DNA of 64,000 nt, taken from positions 3,100,001-3,164,000 of the forward strand of contig OZ218957.1 of assembly GCA_965112735.1 (NCBI GenBank), read 5' to 3'. This DNA is from Phaeosaccion multiseriatum. Its lineage: Eukaryota > Protista > Ochrophyta, other classes. Shown here in pieces: positions 13,735 to 30,320 of the stretch. Position 1 is the first letter of the stretch, and each line of letters starts with the position of its first letter. The notes below the pieces were generated by a model. The model was not told where the DNA came from. It did no database searches and worked only from the letters and a program-made list of their open reading frames with translations. The translations under genes were made by a program, and so were the position numbers.

Positions 13735-13830
13735 GGCTGGCTGGAGCGGCGGAGGGGCGAGGGGAGCTGCCCAGATACAGGCTTAAAAGACGTTGAGGGT
13801 TGGAGCTTAAATATTACTACTATGAATTAA
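13735..13830 (+). other. Possible terminal exon of a gene whose upstream intron contains the satellite
   Basis: Pyrimidine tract + AG (cttctctcctcgcaag, AG at 13733-34), then an open frame GWLERRRGEGSCPDTGLKDVEGWSLNITTMN* ending ~180 bp from the convergent stop at 14014. No homology recognised. Confidence 0.25.
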
Positions 13831-14013
13831 TACTATACGCATCACATCCTCCCCACCGACACTTAACACATACCAAAGTACCAAAGTACCTTACTTCTTG
13901 GAGGCAATCATAATGAGAAAAAACAACAGATAAAAGTGAAATGGAGAAAAAAGTGAAGAAAGCACAGCAAAGCAAAGCCCGAACGAAAGCAAGAATGCAT
14001 CATTCGTAGAAGA

Positions 14014-15439
14014 CTACTCCTTAGAGGAACCATCCTTCTCGTTCTTCAAGCCCTTGAGCTTGCACAGCCCTCCATCTTGCTCAGTATGGGGCCAGTCCAA
14101 GTCGATGGAGTACGGATTGCACTTCCAATCGCAGGAGTGAACGTAGTCCAGACTGTCCTTGCAGTGATTCGTAGTGCCGTACACGGTGCACTTCTCCCCC
14201 TCTGCGTTGGCGTAATCGCCATCGAGCAAGACGTTAATGCTAGGGCTATCATTCTCCCATCCGGGGAAGGCTTTCTTGATTTCGAACTTGTTGTCGTGAA
14301 CAATCCCCATGCAGAACGTCTCGGGCGATGTTTTCGACTCCTGCCACGGGCAAACGCACTTCGTGGGGAATTGCCCCTTCGGGCACGTGCTCCGGCATGA
14401 GTCCTGCGTCTTGTCTGTGAGACTGCGACGCTCGGCGCTCGCGCCGCCCTTGCACACCACGGCGTTGGTCTGATGGTCGATGACGCTCTCGTAGCCCTCC
14501 GCGCACACGGTCGAGTGGTCTCCATACTTCTCGATGGCGGCCGAAGACGCCATGGTGACGAGGCGATTAGCACCGGCGACAATCTCGCCATCGCCTCCCA
14601 CGCTGCGCAGCGCACGCTTGCCGTCCATGTTGCCGGCGTCCGCGCTGGGGAGGTCCATGTCGTTGTCCACGGCGCAGACCGACACCACCACGGTGTGATC
14701 ATACACGCACTTGTAGGCCAATCCGTCCTCCATTGTGGCGTCCAAGTTCATGCACATGCCCTTGACCTGGTACTCTTTCGTGTCGTTCTCGCCGTCGACG
14801 TCCTTGCACGTAGGCAGGTTGATCGTGAGGTTGCAGTGATCTTTCCCGAAAATGCCACACTGAGTCGAGCAGGAGCAGTAGAGCAGCGGGGCGGGGTTAG
14901 CAAGTAGAAGCATGGAGGGAGAGCCATATCCATCAGGTCATACACCCAGCCCCTCCCTCCCTGCCTCGTAGTTCCTCGACTCGCTCACCTCGTTGTGGTC
15001 AGAGCACTTCTTGCCCATGGCCACCAAACCATCCGGGCAACTGTTGGGGCAGGAGATGTCGTTGTACTATCGCGTGCGTGCCGTGTCGTGCCGTCGTCCG
15101 TGTTTGGGTGCCGCAGAAGGGAGCAAGGGGGGGGGCGAGCGAGAGGAAATTTTAGTACTGCAGACTCCAATCACCAGCATCAACAGCCAGAGGGGGCTCA
15201 TTGCAACAGCGAGGGAGAGAGAGAGAAGCACCGATGACCGCCTCGCGCCTCCACCACCCCCATCGACTACTACTGCTGCCCCGGCCGAACTCACACCCGG
15301 CCCAACTGCCCCGAACTCACCCACCCACTCTACTACTCACCGAGGACATTTCAGACATCTTGGAAGACTCAGGGGATTCGCCAGCAGCTGCCATAGCGAA
15401 GGTGCCCAGCAGGGCGAGGGCGGTAGCGGAAGTCTTCAT
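14014..15439 (-). CDS. Secreted cysteine-rich protein (~340 aa); exons 15341-15439, 14989-15066, 14014-14859
   Basis: Signal peptide MKTSATALALLGTFAMAAAG. Two in-frame phase-0 GT-AG introns. Many Cys (CPNSCPDG, CRSTCPKG). KRALR and RRSL motifs. Confidence 0.8.
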
Positions 15440-16564
15440 GGTATTGAGGAGGGATTGGAAGAAGGAGAGTGCTGGAGGCTTTTTTGGGGAGTGAGTTGGA
15501 AAGTGAGGAGCCTCCTTCTCCCTCCCTCGCAGGAATCATGTTGCTCGCACAATCCATGTTCCCCGGTGCCTGCACGCTCCTCTTTCCACCGTTTCTGGAG
15601 CAGAGCAACATGAACACACGCCAAATTGAGCAGAGCAACGTGAGAAACCACTTCGAAACGCACCCACGCGGAAGAGAAACATTCAACTGCCATCCACCTT
15701 CTCCCCTTGGCACAATCCCTGCCTGTGCTCCTTCCTGTGCGCCTCACCGATATCGCGGACATGGATCTTTGTGCAGTGGCACCAAGAGCGAGCGCCCCGA
15801 ATGTTGTTGGAACCCCCCACCCCCAACACCCGACTGACGAGCTTCCGACAGGTCAAATGAGCCGTACTGCTCCATGGCGAAGCACGCAGTAGTACTACTT
15901 CTTTAGGACAGGAAAGAGAGGGACAGATATATCGGACAGAAGAGAGATCGAAGAGAAGGAGACGTTACGCGGGATTTTACTGACTTACGATATCTATCCA
16001 ATCCATTTTACACTGATCAGGTCATGAACTGTCTCCCCTGCCAACAGCACCCCCTACACCACCAGCGTGTAGAGGAATCATGACGGGTACGGTCCCGCCT
16101 ACCCAGTGCCCCATCTGATCGATCGATTTATCAATCCATCTGTGGGTGGGGCAAGTGTCCATCGCCGGATCGCCGATCCCTCAAGCCCCAAGACACACGC
16201 CACCCCCCCCTCCCCCAGCCCCTACGATAAGACGAGAGGAAGACAAGAGTAGGGGTGGTGCTACGTCACTCCTTCGCCACCCCCCCTCCCACGGTGTGCT
16301 GCTCGCTGCCGAGTGCCGAGTCGTTGTGTCGTGCTCCTGCGTGGGGGCGGGCGGACAGACAGGCGGGCCCACCCGCCCTACTCGGGACGGAAGAACGAAC
16401 GAAACGCTTCAGCGCAGGCCAAGCCACTTGTTTCCCCACTGGCGACTGATCTGATTTGGCTCCTCCCCCTAAAGCAAGTAGGCAGGTTTGTCCGTGCCTG
16501 GACACCAGGGCTCGCTCCCTCTCTCTCCCCACACCACAAGAAAGCCGAAAGCCGGTGGACTGTT

Positions 16565-16615
<51 letters not shown>

Positions 16616-16685
16616 CTCACACAACAAACGCTTATACCCTTTGCCATCATCATCATCACCATCATCTCTGGACGGCACTCTGCCG

Positions 16686-16995
16686 TCACCGAATCTCCTT
16701 CCCGAAGCTGTCCAGGCCCTTGAAGGTGACCTTCTCCACATCCTCCTTGGCCGTGTCTTTGGGCCCCACTTGCATAGGCCTGGGGTTGCGGCGTTCTCGC
16801 AGAATGGCCGGACGCGGAATTACTGCCCCTGAGCGCTTCGACACGCGCACCTGTCTCCCCGCGACAGGATGGATGGGCATGTGAGCATGTGACGAGGGAG
16901 AGAGCCCGGGGAGACAGAGGGAGACAAGAGAGATGGGGAGAGAGAGAGAGGGGGAGGACAGAGATACGGAAAGAGAGACAGAGAGAGACAGAGAA

Positions 16996-17060
<65 letters not shown>

Positions 17061-18416
17061 GAGAGAGAGAGGTTTGAGAGGCATTGGAAATGCACCTGCT
17101 GCGGTCTGGGTCGGCCTCTCGTCTCTTTTGGCTACCTTGCAAGCCCCTCTCTCCTCTCCGTCCCTTCCCTTCCGGTCCTGCATTTCGTGCTCTTCCGTCC
17201 GTCGTTACCCTTTCCCCTTCGTCGCGACAGAGAGCACACAAACACAGCAGCAGCTTCTGCGTCTGTACCTTCAGCATCCCCCGTCCTCCCCTCATTGCCC
17301 AACCTCTCTCTCTCTCTCTCTCTCTCTCAGAAGCGTCAACACACCTTGGTGCCGTCTTCCAGAAACTGTCTCCTGATTTTGGTGGGCAAGTTCGTCTCTG
17401 GACACAGCAACGCCACGTTGCTCACGTGCAAGGCACATGGAAGCATGACCTGAGCATGAGCCAACGAATGAACGATGCCACCGTAATACGGCTGTGGTTA
17501 GCCTCACGTATAATGGGGTGGTCGAGGAGGGCGGGGCTGCGTACAGACGGATGCTCTGGGGCCTTTCCTTACCCTGCCAGCAGGGGCGTTCATCAGGCAG
17601 CAAGGACACTCTGCCAGCAGTCGATCCAACAGCACAAACGAAAGGGTAAATGGACTCGTCCAAGCAAGCAGAAGGGGAACTCTAGTGAGGTGCCGTCTGT
17701 TGTATGCTTCTCATGGTGACCTTCTCATCTCATGGCATACCTGCTTCTTGCCTTCGCCGGCTCTAACGTTTCTCATTCGCATGTTCACGCCGTCGACGAC
17801 AACCCGCTGCATTTTCCTGTGTGGAACGAGCAGAGAAGAGACATGAAGGGTGCGGTGAAGTGAGTGAGAGGGAGAGGGAGGGGTGAGGGAGGAAGGCAAA
17901 TTGAGCGAAAGTGGTTTGAATGAATGGGTGAATGAGTGTGTGTGTGTGTGTGAGAGAGAGGGGGGCATCCCTCACCCTCCTGCTGCTGCTCCTGGAAGCA
18001 TAACTCGTCTTCCCTGAGCCCAGTCCCATCGCAGGGCAGAGGGAGGGATTGACAGAAAGTGGACTAATCAGTTTAGTGAGTGAGCGAGAGAGAGACAAAG
18101 AGAGAGGGGTACCCTTAAAATAGCACTCTCACCCCACCCTACTACGGCTGCTCCTGGAAGCATCACCCTTCCTCCCCAAGCCCAGCCCCACCCAGGGCAG
18201 CATCGCCCAGTCCACTCACCGAATGACGTCCTTCACCGTTCCCTTCTGGCCCTCGCACGGCCCATTAATGACCTCTACTTTGTCTCCTCTGAGAATGCTC
18301 CACTTGCTTGCTGGGATCATACTGGATGGCCGCAGCGCAGGCTTGAGCTTCTTGCGAGGCCGAAGCAGCGCTCTCTTCACCTCTACCAGCGTCCGCCTCG
18401 GGCCCTGGGACGCCAT
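16686..18416 (-). CDS. MRPL24: Mitochondrial ribosomal protein uL24m (~180 aa); exons 18220-18416, 17741-17816, 17345-17449, 16686-16850
   Basis: KOW motif W-S-I-L-R-G-D-K-V-E-V-I-N-G, then VVVDGVN, LHVSNVALLCP and FLEDGTKVRVSKRSG. All junctions GT-AG and in frame. Confidence 0.93.
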
Positions 18417-18625
18417 TGGATGATGCGGTAACGGCGGTGGCGATGGCTGCAGCACCTCCACCCAGTCCAACCCTCCTGACGTTGGCTTCCTCGTGCGCTT
18501 GGCCTTCTCCCCTCGCTCGTTATAAATTATGATATATGCGTCTCTTCTCCCTACTTCAGTTTGAGTTCCAGTGCGACCAAATCTTGGCCCCCCCCTCTCT
18601 TTTTTAGTTGGTCTTCTCTCTTCCC
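18417..18625. promoter_or_regulatory. Putative bidirectional promoter between MRPL24 and MRPS35
   Basis: 209 bp between divergent ATGs, with an AT-rich TATAAATTAT element near 18521. Confidence 0.55.
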
Positions 18626-20127
18626 ATGCTGTCTGCACTCGGTCAAAGGCTCGGCGCTGTAAGTAGACTGGGGTCGCTCGGTGCGGTCACGCCCAGAAGA
18701 TGTGCAGCGGCAGTGGGGGGCAGAAGAAGCGCAGCAGAGAGCAGGAGCAGTGGCAGCAGCGGCAGCAACCGAGGACAGTGCAGATGCATGGCCTCTGCGG
18801 TAGTCACGAGCCCGGGTGGTGAGGCGGAGGAACGGAGGGAGGAAGACAACGGCAGCGTGGTGATTCCTCCTACTTCGTCGCCTTCAGTTCCGTCAGCTCC
18901 CAAGGCTTCAGAACGATGGAGAGGGAAAGGCGGGATGCTCGATTCACGTGAGTCGCTCAAGGGCTTCGCTTCTCGACTCGCTTCTCACGATAACGCGCCT
19001 ACCCCCTTCTCGCCTTCATCCCTCGCTTTCGAAGAGGGAGTCTCTCGCGCTCTTCTCTTCCTGCCCATGTGCACTCTTCGCACTCCCCTCTCCCCCCCTT
19101 GGCCCTTGCATCGCACTAAAGAGTATGTCTCCCCGCCTCCCCGCGTTCATTCGGATATGTGTGCACGTGCAGCAAACCCCTGGTTTTACCCTCATACGCA
19201 CGCCGTGGTGCCGCAAACCATCCCTGGGGACAAGGTGTCGATCGAAGTGCGCTCGTACACTGGGCCGGACACCGAACGTAGGTACCCCAACCTTCACGGG
19301 ATGAACCCCCTGACGTTCAAGGTCAAACTCAAGGTGCGAGCGGAGCAGCAGCAGCCGTAGCAGTAGCAGCAGAAGCAGAGACGATATTGAAAGAGAGAGA
19401 GAAGAGGAAGGAAGGGCCATGCATGGCGTGTGGCAAGTGTGAGTCCCTCTCGACGGCCCCTCAACCAAGCCAAGCCCCAACGTAGCGAGGGTAGAGAGGG
19501 GTTGTCGGGAACAAGTGTGTAGGGCACACGAGGTGCAGAGTAGGGGGGCAGAGTACTGGGCGAGGCCGAGGGGGGGGCGTAGTCAGAGCACAGGCTAAAG
19601 CAGAAACGCCATTCGATTCGATTTCTTTTATACGCTTGCCGTGACGCCGCATTATTCCCTCCTTTCCCCCTGCCACCCCTCTCCCAACTCACCTCAAAAC
19701 TCACCACTCGCCACAAAAGGTGTTCCTCCATGATCTCAATCTGAGCCAAGCCGCTGAGGCTCGGTTGCGTCTCCTGGTAGGACCCCGCTTGATAGAGCAT
19801 AAGGCGCACAGGGGGGCCGAGGCGAAGTGGGTGCTCCAGCTCATCACAGACCGGTACCCCAACCGCATCTCCAACAAGCGTTACCTTCTCAACCTCATGG
19901 AGAATGTCTTGATTGAGGCAAGGAAGGCGGACGATGCCGAGTACATGAAGTGGGAGGAAGAGGAGGAGCGAAAGATGGAGCAACATGCCATGGAGGAGAG
20001 AAGGGCGAAGGAGGAGGAGGAGGACGCGATTGTGGATGACATCGAGGCTATCTTGGAGAGTGAGGTGACCCCGGCCCGGGCCCCGGCGGGGGTAGCAGCA
20101 GACAAGCCGGGGGGACGGGACAGATGA
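18626..20127 (+). CDS. MRPS35: Mitochondrial ribosomal protein mS35 (Rsm24/MRP-S28 family, ~296 aa); exons 18626-18947, 19173-19333, 19720-20127
   Basis: Arg/Ala/Ser-rich mitochondrial presequence. KVKLKVFLHDLNLS..RLRLLVGPR..LQLITDRYPNRISNKRYL matches the mS35 conserved domain pattern. Confidence 0.8.
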
Positions 20128-20711
20128 GAGCGAAGGAAGAGATGGGCTGGGCTACATCACTCTGTCAGTGCTCAGTCGCTCCTTCTTTCACGTGCTCAGT
20201 CCCTCAACTACTTCAACGCCCCCTCAGCTCAGCTTCCTTTGATCCTCCTTGAATAAATCATTCACTGGTCATGATGACATGTAACGGCAAGACGACAGGA
20301 GAGAGAGAGAGCTCCGGGTGGGTGCGTGGGATGAGTGCCCAGCTTTCACTGTGTAAGAGCTCACGTGCTTGCTTGGTGAGAAAGGGGTGATTGATTGATT
20401 GTGCAGCTTTCATTGGAAAAGAGTTACGCGAACGGGGTAGGGTACTCATACCACCCTCGGGCGCCCTCCCACTTCCCGCCTCGAAGCCCCCTCCTCCTCC
20501 TCCAAGAGAAACGAAGCCTACCCTCCTCCTCCACCTCTCCCACCCCCCATCTACCGCATCTACCACACCAACCTTCCCTCCTCCCCCCTCCCCCATGACA
20601 AAGTTTAAAAGTAAAGAAATGATGTCCTCCTCCTGCCGCCAAAACGCAAGAGCGTGAGACAAAGAGAGAAGAGACACACAGCACACACAGCGGGCGAAAA
20701 TATTGTCTTGT

Positions 20712-24725
<4,014 letters not shown>

Positions 24726-25458
24726 GCTTCGCTGCTCTCAGTCCCGCTCTTAGCACACACGGCGTGGGTCTACGAGGCCCTTCTCTCCTCCTGAGTGTGG
24801 ATATGCACGGGATTGGTGCGTCCAACAAATTTCATTACTTGGCATCTCTAGGAATGGAACCCGCTTTGGCTGGAGACAAAAGACAACCTCAGCCTTGTGA
24901 CACCCTGAGGGAGAGAGACGAAAGAGGGAGAAAGGAAAAGGAGTGAAGCGAGCGGAAGAGACGCACAGATACCCTCAATAACAGCAGGGAGGGGCGCAAG
25001 AACGGCGAGGAGACAGAGGTGGAGGAAGGCAAACTCGTCCAAGGGGTGTCCACGAGCTGGGGCGGTGGAGGGACAAGAGGGAAAAGCGACGGCGCTCAAG
25101 GGGAGGGGAGAGACGCGGGTAAGAGGCGGCACAGTGGGAGACCGGTATCGCTCTGAGTAGCACACCAGCAGCAGTCATCGAAGAAGCAGATTTCAAGCCG
25201 CCAACGGGCAGGCGTATCATTGCGGTGGAGAGCTCCTCTTCCCTCTCCACGTCGCACTTGTCCGCCCCCCCACGTGCCTGCCCCTAGCATGGCCTTTGGG
25301 TAGGTTTGGACACGCCTGTTCGGCAGAAGCTGCAGCCCATCTACGCAGCCGGTACGGTACAGCAGCGGCACAGGGGCCACGCCCTTGGGTTTCATCCCCC
25401 CACGAGGCGGAGAGAGGGAGGGACAGAAGCCTCCCTGTAACAGACTCAAATCTCTACC

Positions 25459-28400
25459 ATGTCGTTGGCCAATAAGGGCGAGGCAGAGAAGTGCAAGGAG
25501 ATCGCCACGGATAAGCTGCGGAAGGGAGACTACGAGGGCGCGGAGAAGTTCTTTGCCAAGTCGCTGCGGCTCTTTCCGTTGCCGGGGGTGGACCGGCTGC
25601 TTCTACGGACTCAGGATGAGAAACGCGCAGAGGCACAGCGAAGGGCAGACAAGGCGGAGAGGGCAAGAGCAGGCGCGGAGGCGGGTGGCAGTGCCAATGG
25701 TAATGGTGGGGCGAGTAGTAGCGGACCGCGGAGAAGGCCATCGCCCGGGAGTTCTCCTGCGACGGGAGGGGAGACCAAGACTGCGCCGAAGGGGGCGCAC
25801 TCGGGATCAGGGAGGGAGTACACAGAGGATCAGGTGCGTGCATTTGCATAGACGGCTGGTAGAGAGAGTGGCCGTACCAGAGGAGGAGGAGGAGGGGGGC
25901 GAACGGGCTTCCATCTGTCGTTCATTTTGTCTCCTGGCTCCTGCGTGCTTCTCTACCTGTCTGCTGCCTGCTCCCACTACCACTTCATGACGAGTACACT
26001 GCCATCAGAAATAAAAGTCTATCAGCCCCTTGAACCTCTCTACTTTCCGCTTGCACACCCCAACGACAAACCGCCCAGCCCAGCCCAGACCTCTCTTTCT
26101 CGTCACATAGTAACTTTACATGGTGCCTACTTACTTGAGTATTGTCCTCACCTCTTATCCTTTGCTGCTGCGTTGCTTGTGCGTGTGTGCGTGCGTACGT
26201 GTGTGTGTGTGTGTGTGTGTGCGTGCGTGTGTGCGTGCGTGTGTGCGTGCGTGTGTGCGTGCGTGTGTGTGCGTGTGTGCAGGTTGGCGCAGTGCAGAGG
26301 ATCCTTGCCTTGAAGAAGAAGGGCCACTATGACGTCCTCGGGGTAGCCAAGGACGCCGACGAAGACAGCATCAAGAGGGCTTATAGGAAACTGGCACTCA
26401 AGGTGAGCGAGCCCCGCCCCCACTGAGGAGGAGAGGAGAGAGAGGGTAGACGCGGGCCCTGGGTATGCTGCAGTGAGGAGAGGGAGAGAAGGTGAAGGAG
26501 GGAGGACGGCCTCGTTGCGAGGAGCGACGAGGGGCGAGGGAGGAAGTAGCAGCAGTCGTATATGCACGGCAGAGGCCGAGGTGTACGTGCTCGTCCTGCT
26601 GCTCCACAGGATCCCCCTCTCTCGTGCTGTGGTTGGGTTTGGAAGCCCTCTCCTGCTACTTCTCCTCTGCATACACACACTCTCTCTCTGCCTTCTCTCT
26701 TCCTCTCTCTTGTTCTCTCAAGAGGGGTTGTGTGTATGCGTTGGGGGACGGCACAATCTCAAAACTCACACCCCACTCACCCATCCCTCGTTTCCCGTCC
26801 CCCGTTTACGACCCTTTCTCCTTTCCTTCTCCTGTTGGTGATTCATACGCTCTCACTCACTCAGTTCCATCCCGACAAAAACGGCGCCCCTCACGCTGAC
26901 GAGGCTTTCAAAATCATAAGCACCGCCTTTTCAGTGTTGGTAAGCAAGCAAGCAAGCAAGCGGGCGTTTCAGAGTGGGGAGGTTGGGGCGTCAGAGAAGA
27001 GAAAGAGAGGAAAGGAGCGTGGCGTCAAGGGTCCTGTAAGAGGGTGGAAGGTGGAAGATTGAACTCTTGTCAGGTGGTTTGAAACAAGGCCCCCATGCCA
27101 GAGAGTATCCCAGGTGGTTTGAAGCAATCCCTACTCTTGGGCCCTTCCTCTATTGTGCGATTGTTGTGCTGCTCTCCTCCCCCCCCCCCCCCCATTACTC
27201 GTCCCACCGCCCGCGTCGTCGCCACAAATGGACCAACCCAAACCCCCCCTCCCTTTCTCGCTCTCTTTCTCGCCTTCTCTCTCTCTCTCTCTCTCTCTCT
27301 CCCTCTCCCTCCCTCCCTGTCTCTCTCTTTCTCTCTCCCCCCCCCCTCTCTCTCTTTCTTCTCCCTCCATTTACCCCATCTCTCTCCTTACGAAACGAAT
27401 GGCAGAGTGATGAAGCGAAGAGGTCAGATTACGATAGATTTGGAGAGGACGAGAATGGCAATGTGGAGGGCAACCCAAACCCCTTCGCGCGGCGGAGAGG
27501 CGGGGGCGAACAAGTGCCTGTTTCACCAGAGGACTTATTTAACATGTTCTTCGGAGGTGAGTGAGTGGTGATACAGAGGGAGGGAGGGCGGGCGGGATGG
27601 AGGGAGAGATGGAGAAAGAGGGAGACAAGGAGCGAGAAAGAGGGAGAAAGGTTAGAGAGACAGAGAGAGAGAAGAGCTATCGTGGCTTATTCATTCGACG
27701 TTCCTTCTACGACCCTGACAGAGTACACTATGTGTGCGTCTCTGCCGGTCTTGTGCACCGACACATGCTAACATACGGGCCTACGGAGGCCTCCGAGTCG
27801 TAGGCGACGTCTTTTTGAGCGCATTTGTCATTGGTGATATGACATGTCTCCTGCCTGTCGTACCATCTCTACCCCCTGTCACCCACCTCGCTCTTGTCTT
27901 ACTCTCTCCCCCCCCCCCACCCCCTACCCCTGTGCGTCCTCTTGCCCCTCCCCTCCCCTCCCTCCCTCCCTCCCTCCCTCCCTCCCTCCCTTCCTCCCCA
28001 TCGCTTGCCCCGCTCCTCCAAGGTGGCGGTTTGAACCAAGGGGCCCAGTTTCACGTCCGGAGAGGGGGGAATTTCGCTGCTGCGAGACAGCGGCAGCAGC
28101 AGCAGCGGCAGCAGCCACAGGAGGGGAGCATTTGGCAATTCGTACAGCTATTGCCCATTGTAGCAATGATGTTGTATTCGCTCTTCTCTGGCCCCAGCGA
28201 GGCGCCGTTTAAGCTCAGTATGACGCAGCAGTACAGTGTGAGGAAGGAGACACGTCATTGGGAGAATAGGGAAGTGGTGGGCGGTCTTCGGTATTACGTC
28301 ACAAGGTGAGAAGGAGGAGTGAGATTGTTACCTGGCGCTTCTCTAGTCTCCATCTCTCTTTCTCTCTTATCTCCTCTCTTTTTCTCTCTCCTTCCTTCTT

Positions 28401-29201
28401 TCTTTCTTTCTTTCTTTCATTCGTTCATTATTTCTGATGTATTAGAGGAGGTATACAGAGGGTAAGAATAGACACACGGCTGCGAGTGCGAGCGGAGCTG
28501 AGAGGGGCTCCGCTGTGGATGGCCTTTGCCTATGCCCTTCTCTGATCTTTCGTGCCTTATTGCCAGAGGGGATTTTGGGGTGTGGTGCCTGTCGCTAAGG
28601 AGCGCTCGCTCGCCTCTCTCTCTCTCTCTCTCGATCCCTCCTCCTTGATCTCTGTCTTGTCTCTCTCTCCCCCTTCTCGACCTCTCTCTCTCTCAAAGTA
28701 GATGTCTCTCTCTCTCCCTCTGTGTGTGTATTAGTCCTCCTTCGTCTCTCTCCACCTCCAGTACCTCCCCACTGCACTCTCGCGTTCTTCCTTGTCCATT
28801 GTCCATCTTGCTTATTCTATCTTGCCACACAAGCTCCAACCACCACATTATGATGGCTATACTATACGTCTTCCCGCCTGCCCGCCCTCACCGACGCTGC
28901 TGCTGTATCACCAACTGCTGCCCCCGTCTCCTCCCCCATGTGTACCCGTGCAAAAACACACAGGGAATTTGACCGGCAGTTCTCCGATCCCTTCAAGCTG
29001 ATCCAGGTGGAGAGGCTGGTGACAACTAAGACGCGGGACAAGCTCATGGAGGACTGCTATACTCAAAAGGACAGGAAACAAAGAGCGATTAAGGACGCCG
29101 GTCGAAGGAGGGGCAAGGAAAACAGGGAGCGGGCACTGGCCGATGCCTACAATCGACCGACACCGGCGTGCGAAGAGTTCCACAGTAGGTTTCCCTCATA
29201 G
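25459..29201 (+). CDS. DNAJB12/14-type ER-membrane J-domain protein (~413 aa); exons 25459-25833, 26283-26402, 26865-26939, 27406-27556, 28023-28305, 28964-29201
   Basis: N-terminal NKGEAEKC..AEKFFAKSLRLFP. J domain HYDVLGV..AYRKLALKFHPDKN. VSPEDLFNMFFGG, one transmembrane helix and a DUF1977-like C-terminus. Confidence 0.92.
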
Positions 29202-30320
29202 CACGAGGTGTTGACGCTTCTGTCTGGGGCCGACGCACAGGCGCAAGAGAGAGGGGCAAGGGCGGGCACGAGGGGGAAGGGGGACAGAAGTGCTACCGAC
29301 TTTAAAGGTCGATACTCGATACTACGGATCGGGGGATCGATTTTTGGAGAAGTTCCAATGAAGTGAACTGAAGGGGGCAGGTGCAGAGAGAGAGAGAGGC
29401 ACGACGAGTAAGAGGGGCAGAAGGAGAGGAGAGGCAGAGGCGCCAACGGCAGAGGGAGAGAAGAGGCACTTGCCCGCAACGGAGCTTAGCGTCTACCGAC
29501 GCCTTTGTGTTGCAGTAAGGAGTGACTCTCGCAGGGGGTCCCTCGGTCCTTCCCCGTGTACCTGTTGGTGGTATGCCCTCTATCCGCAACAGGAGACATT
29601 ACGAGGGGACTTCTCTTGGGTATATTTTGCAGCAGCAGCGGACAAGGAGGGGAAGGGCTCCCTCCCTCTGTCTCTTTTTAAGGGAGGGGCGGCTCCTCTC
29701 TGTGTCGTCGCCTACCTCATGCACCTCAGAGCGAGGTAGATTGAGCTCAGCTTCAAAGCGTCTTAATGATTAGAAAAGGCTGTGTCTTTTCTGAAACTGT
29801 GGACAGAAGGGAGAGAGAGGCAAAGCCAAGGCAAGCACAGTCCTTCTCGGCTCACTCGCCGCCTTTGTCATTGAGGCCATAGATTTGTATTTGTTCAGGA
29901 GGAGAGTCTCTGTCTGTCGAGCACAGCACATCGCCAATGCCAAACCAGACTTACAACCATCCCTGTCAAGATGAATTTTTGTACTTACATGAAAGGATGA
30001 CGCCTTTCGTTCACAGCCACGGAAGAAGTGTCACTATGTTAATGGGGAATCCCGCTATTCCGCCACTGCTGCAGGTGTTCCTGCGGCCCTTCCTGTCCCT
30101 TCCCTTCCCTTCCTTTCCTTTCCTTGCCGCTCCTCCCTCCCCTCCCTACTCCTCAACTGCCGTTCCTTACTTCTTCCCCTCCTATTCCCCCCTCCCCCAC
30201 CCCTGTCTACATGCATCATCATCATCATCATGATCATGATCATGATCATGATCATCATCATCATCATCATCATCATCACCACCACCATCTCCCCTCCACT
30301 CCCCCCCCCCCTCCTCTCCC

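Noticed and set aside
15440-16685. Short ORFs between the Cys-rich gene and MRPL24
   Set aside because: No consistent exon structure or protein motifs; probably promoter and UTR sequence.
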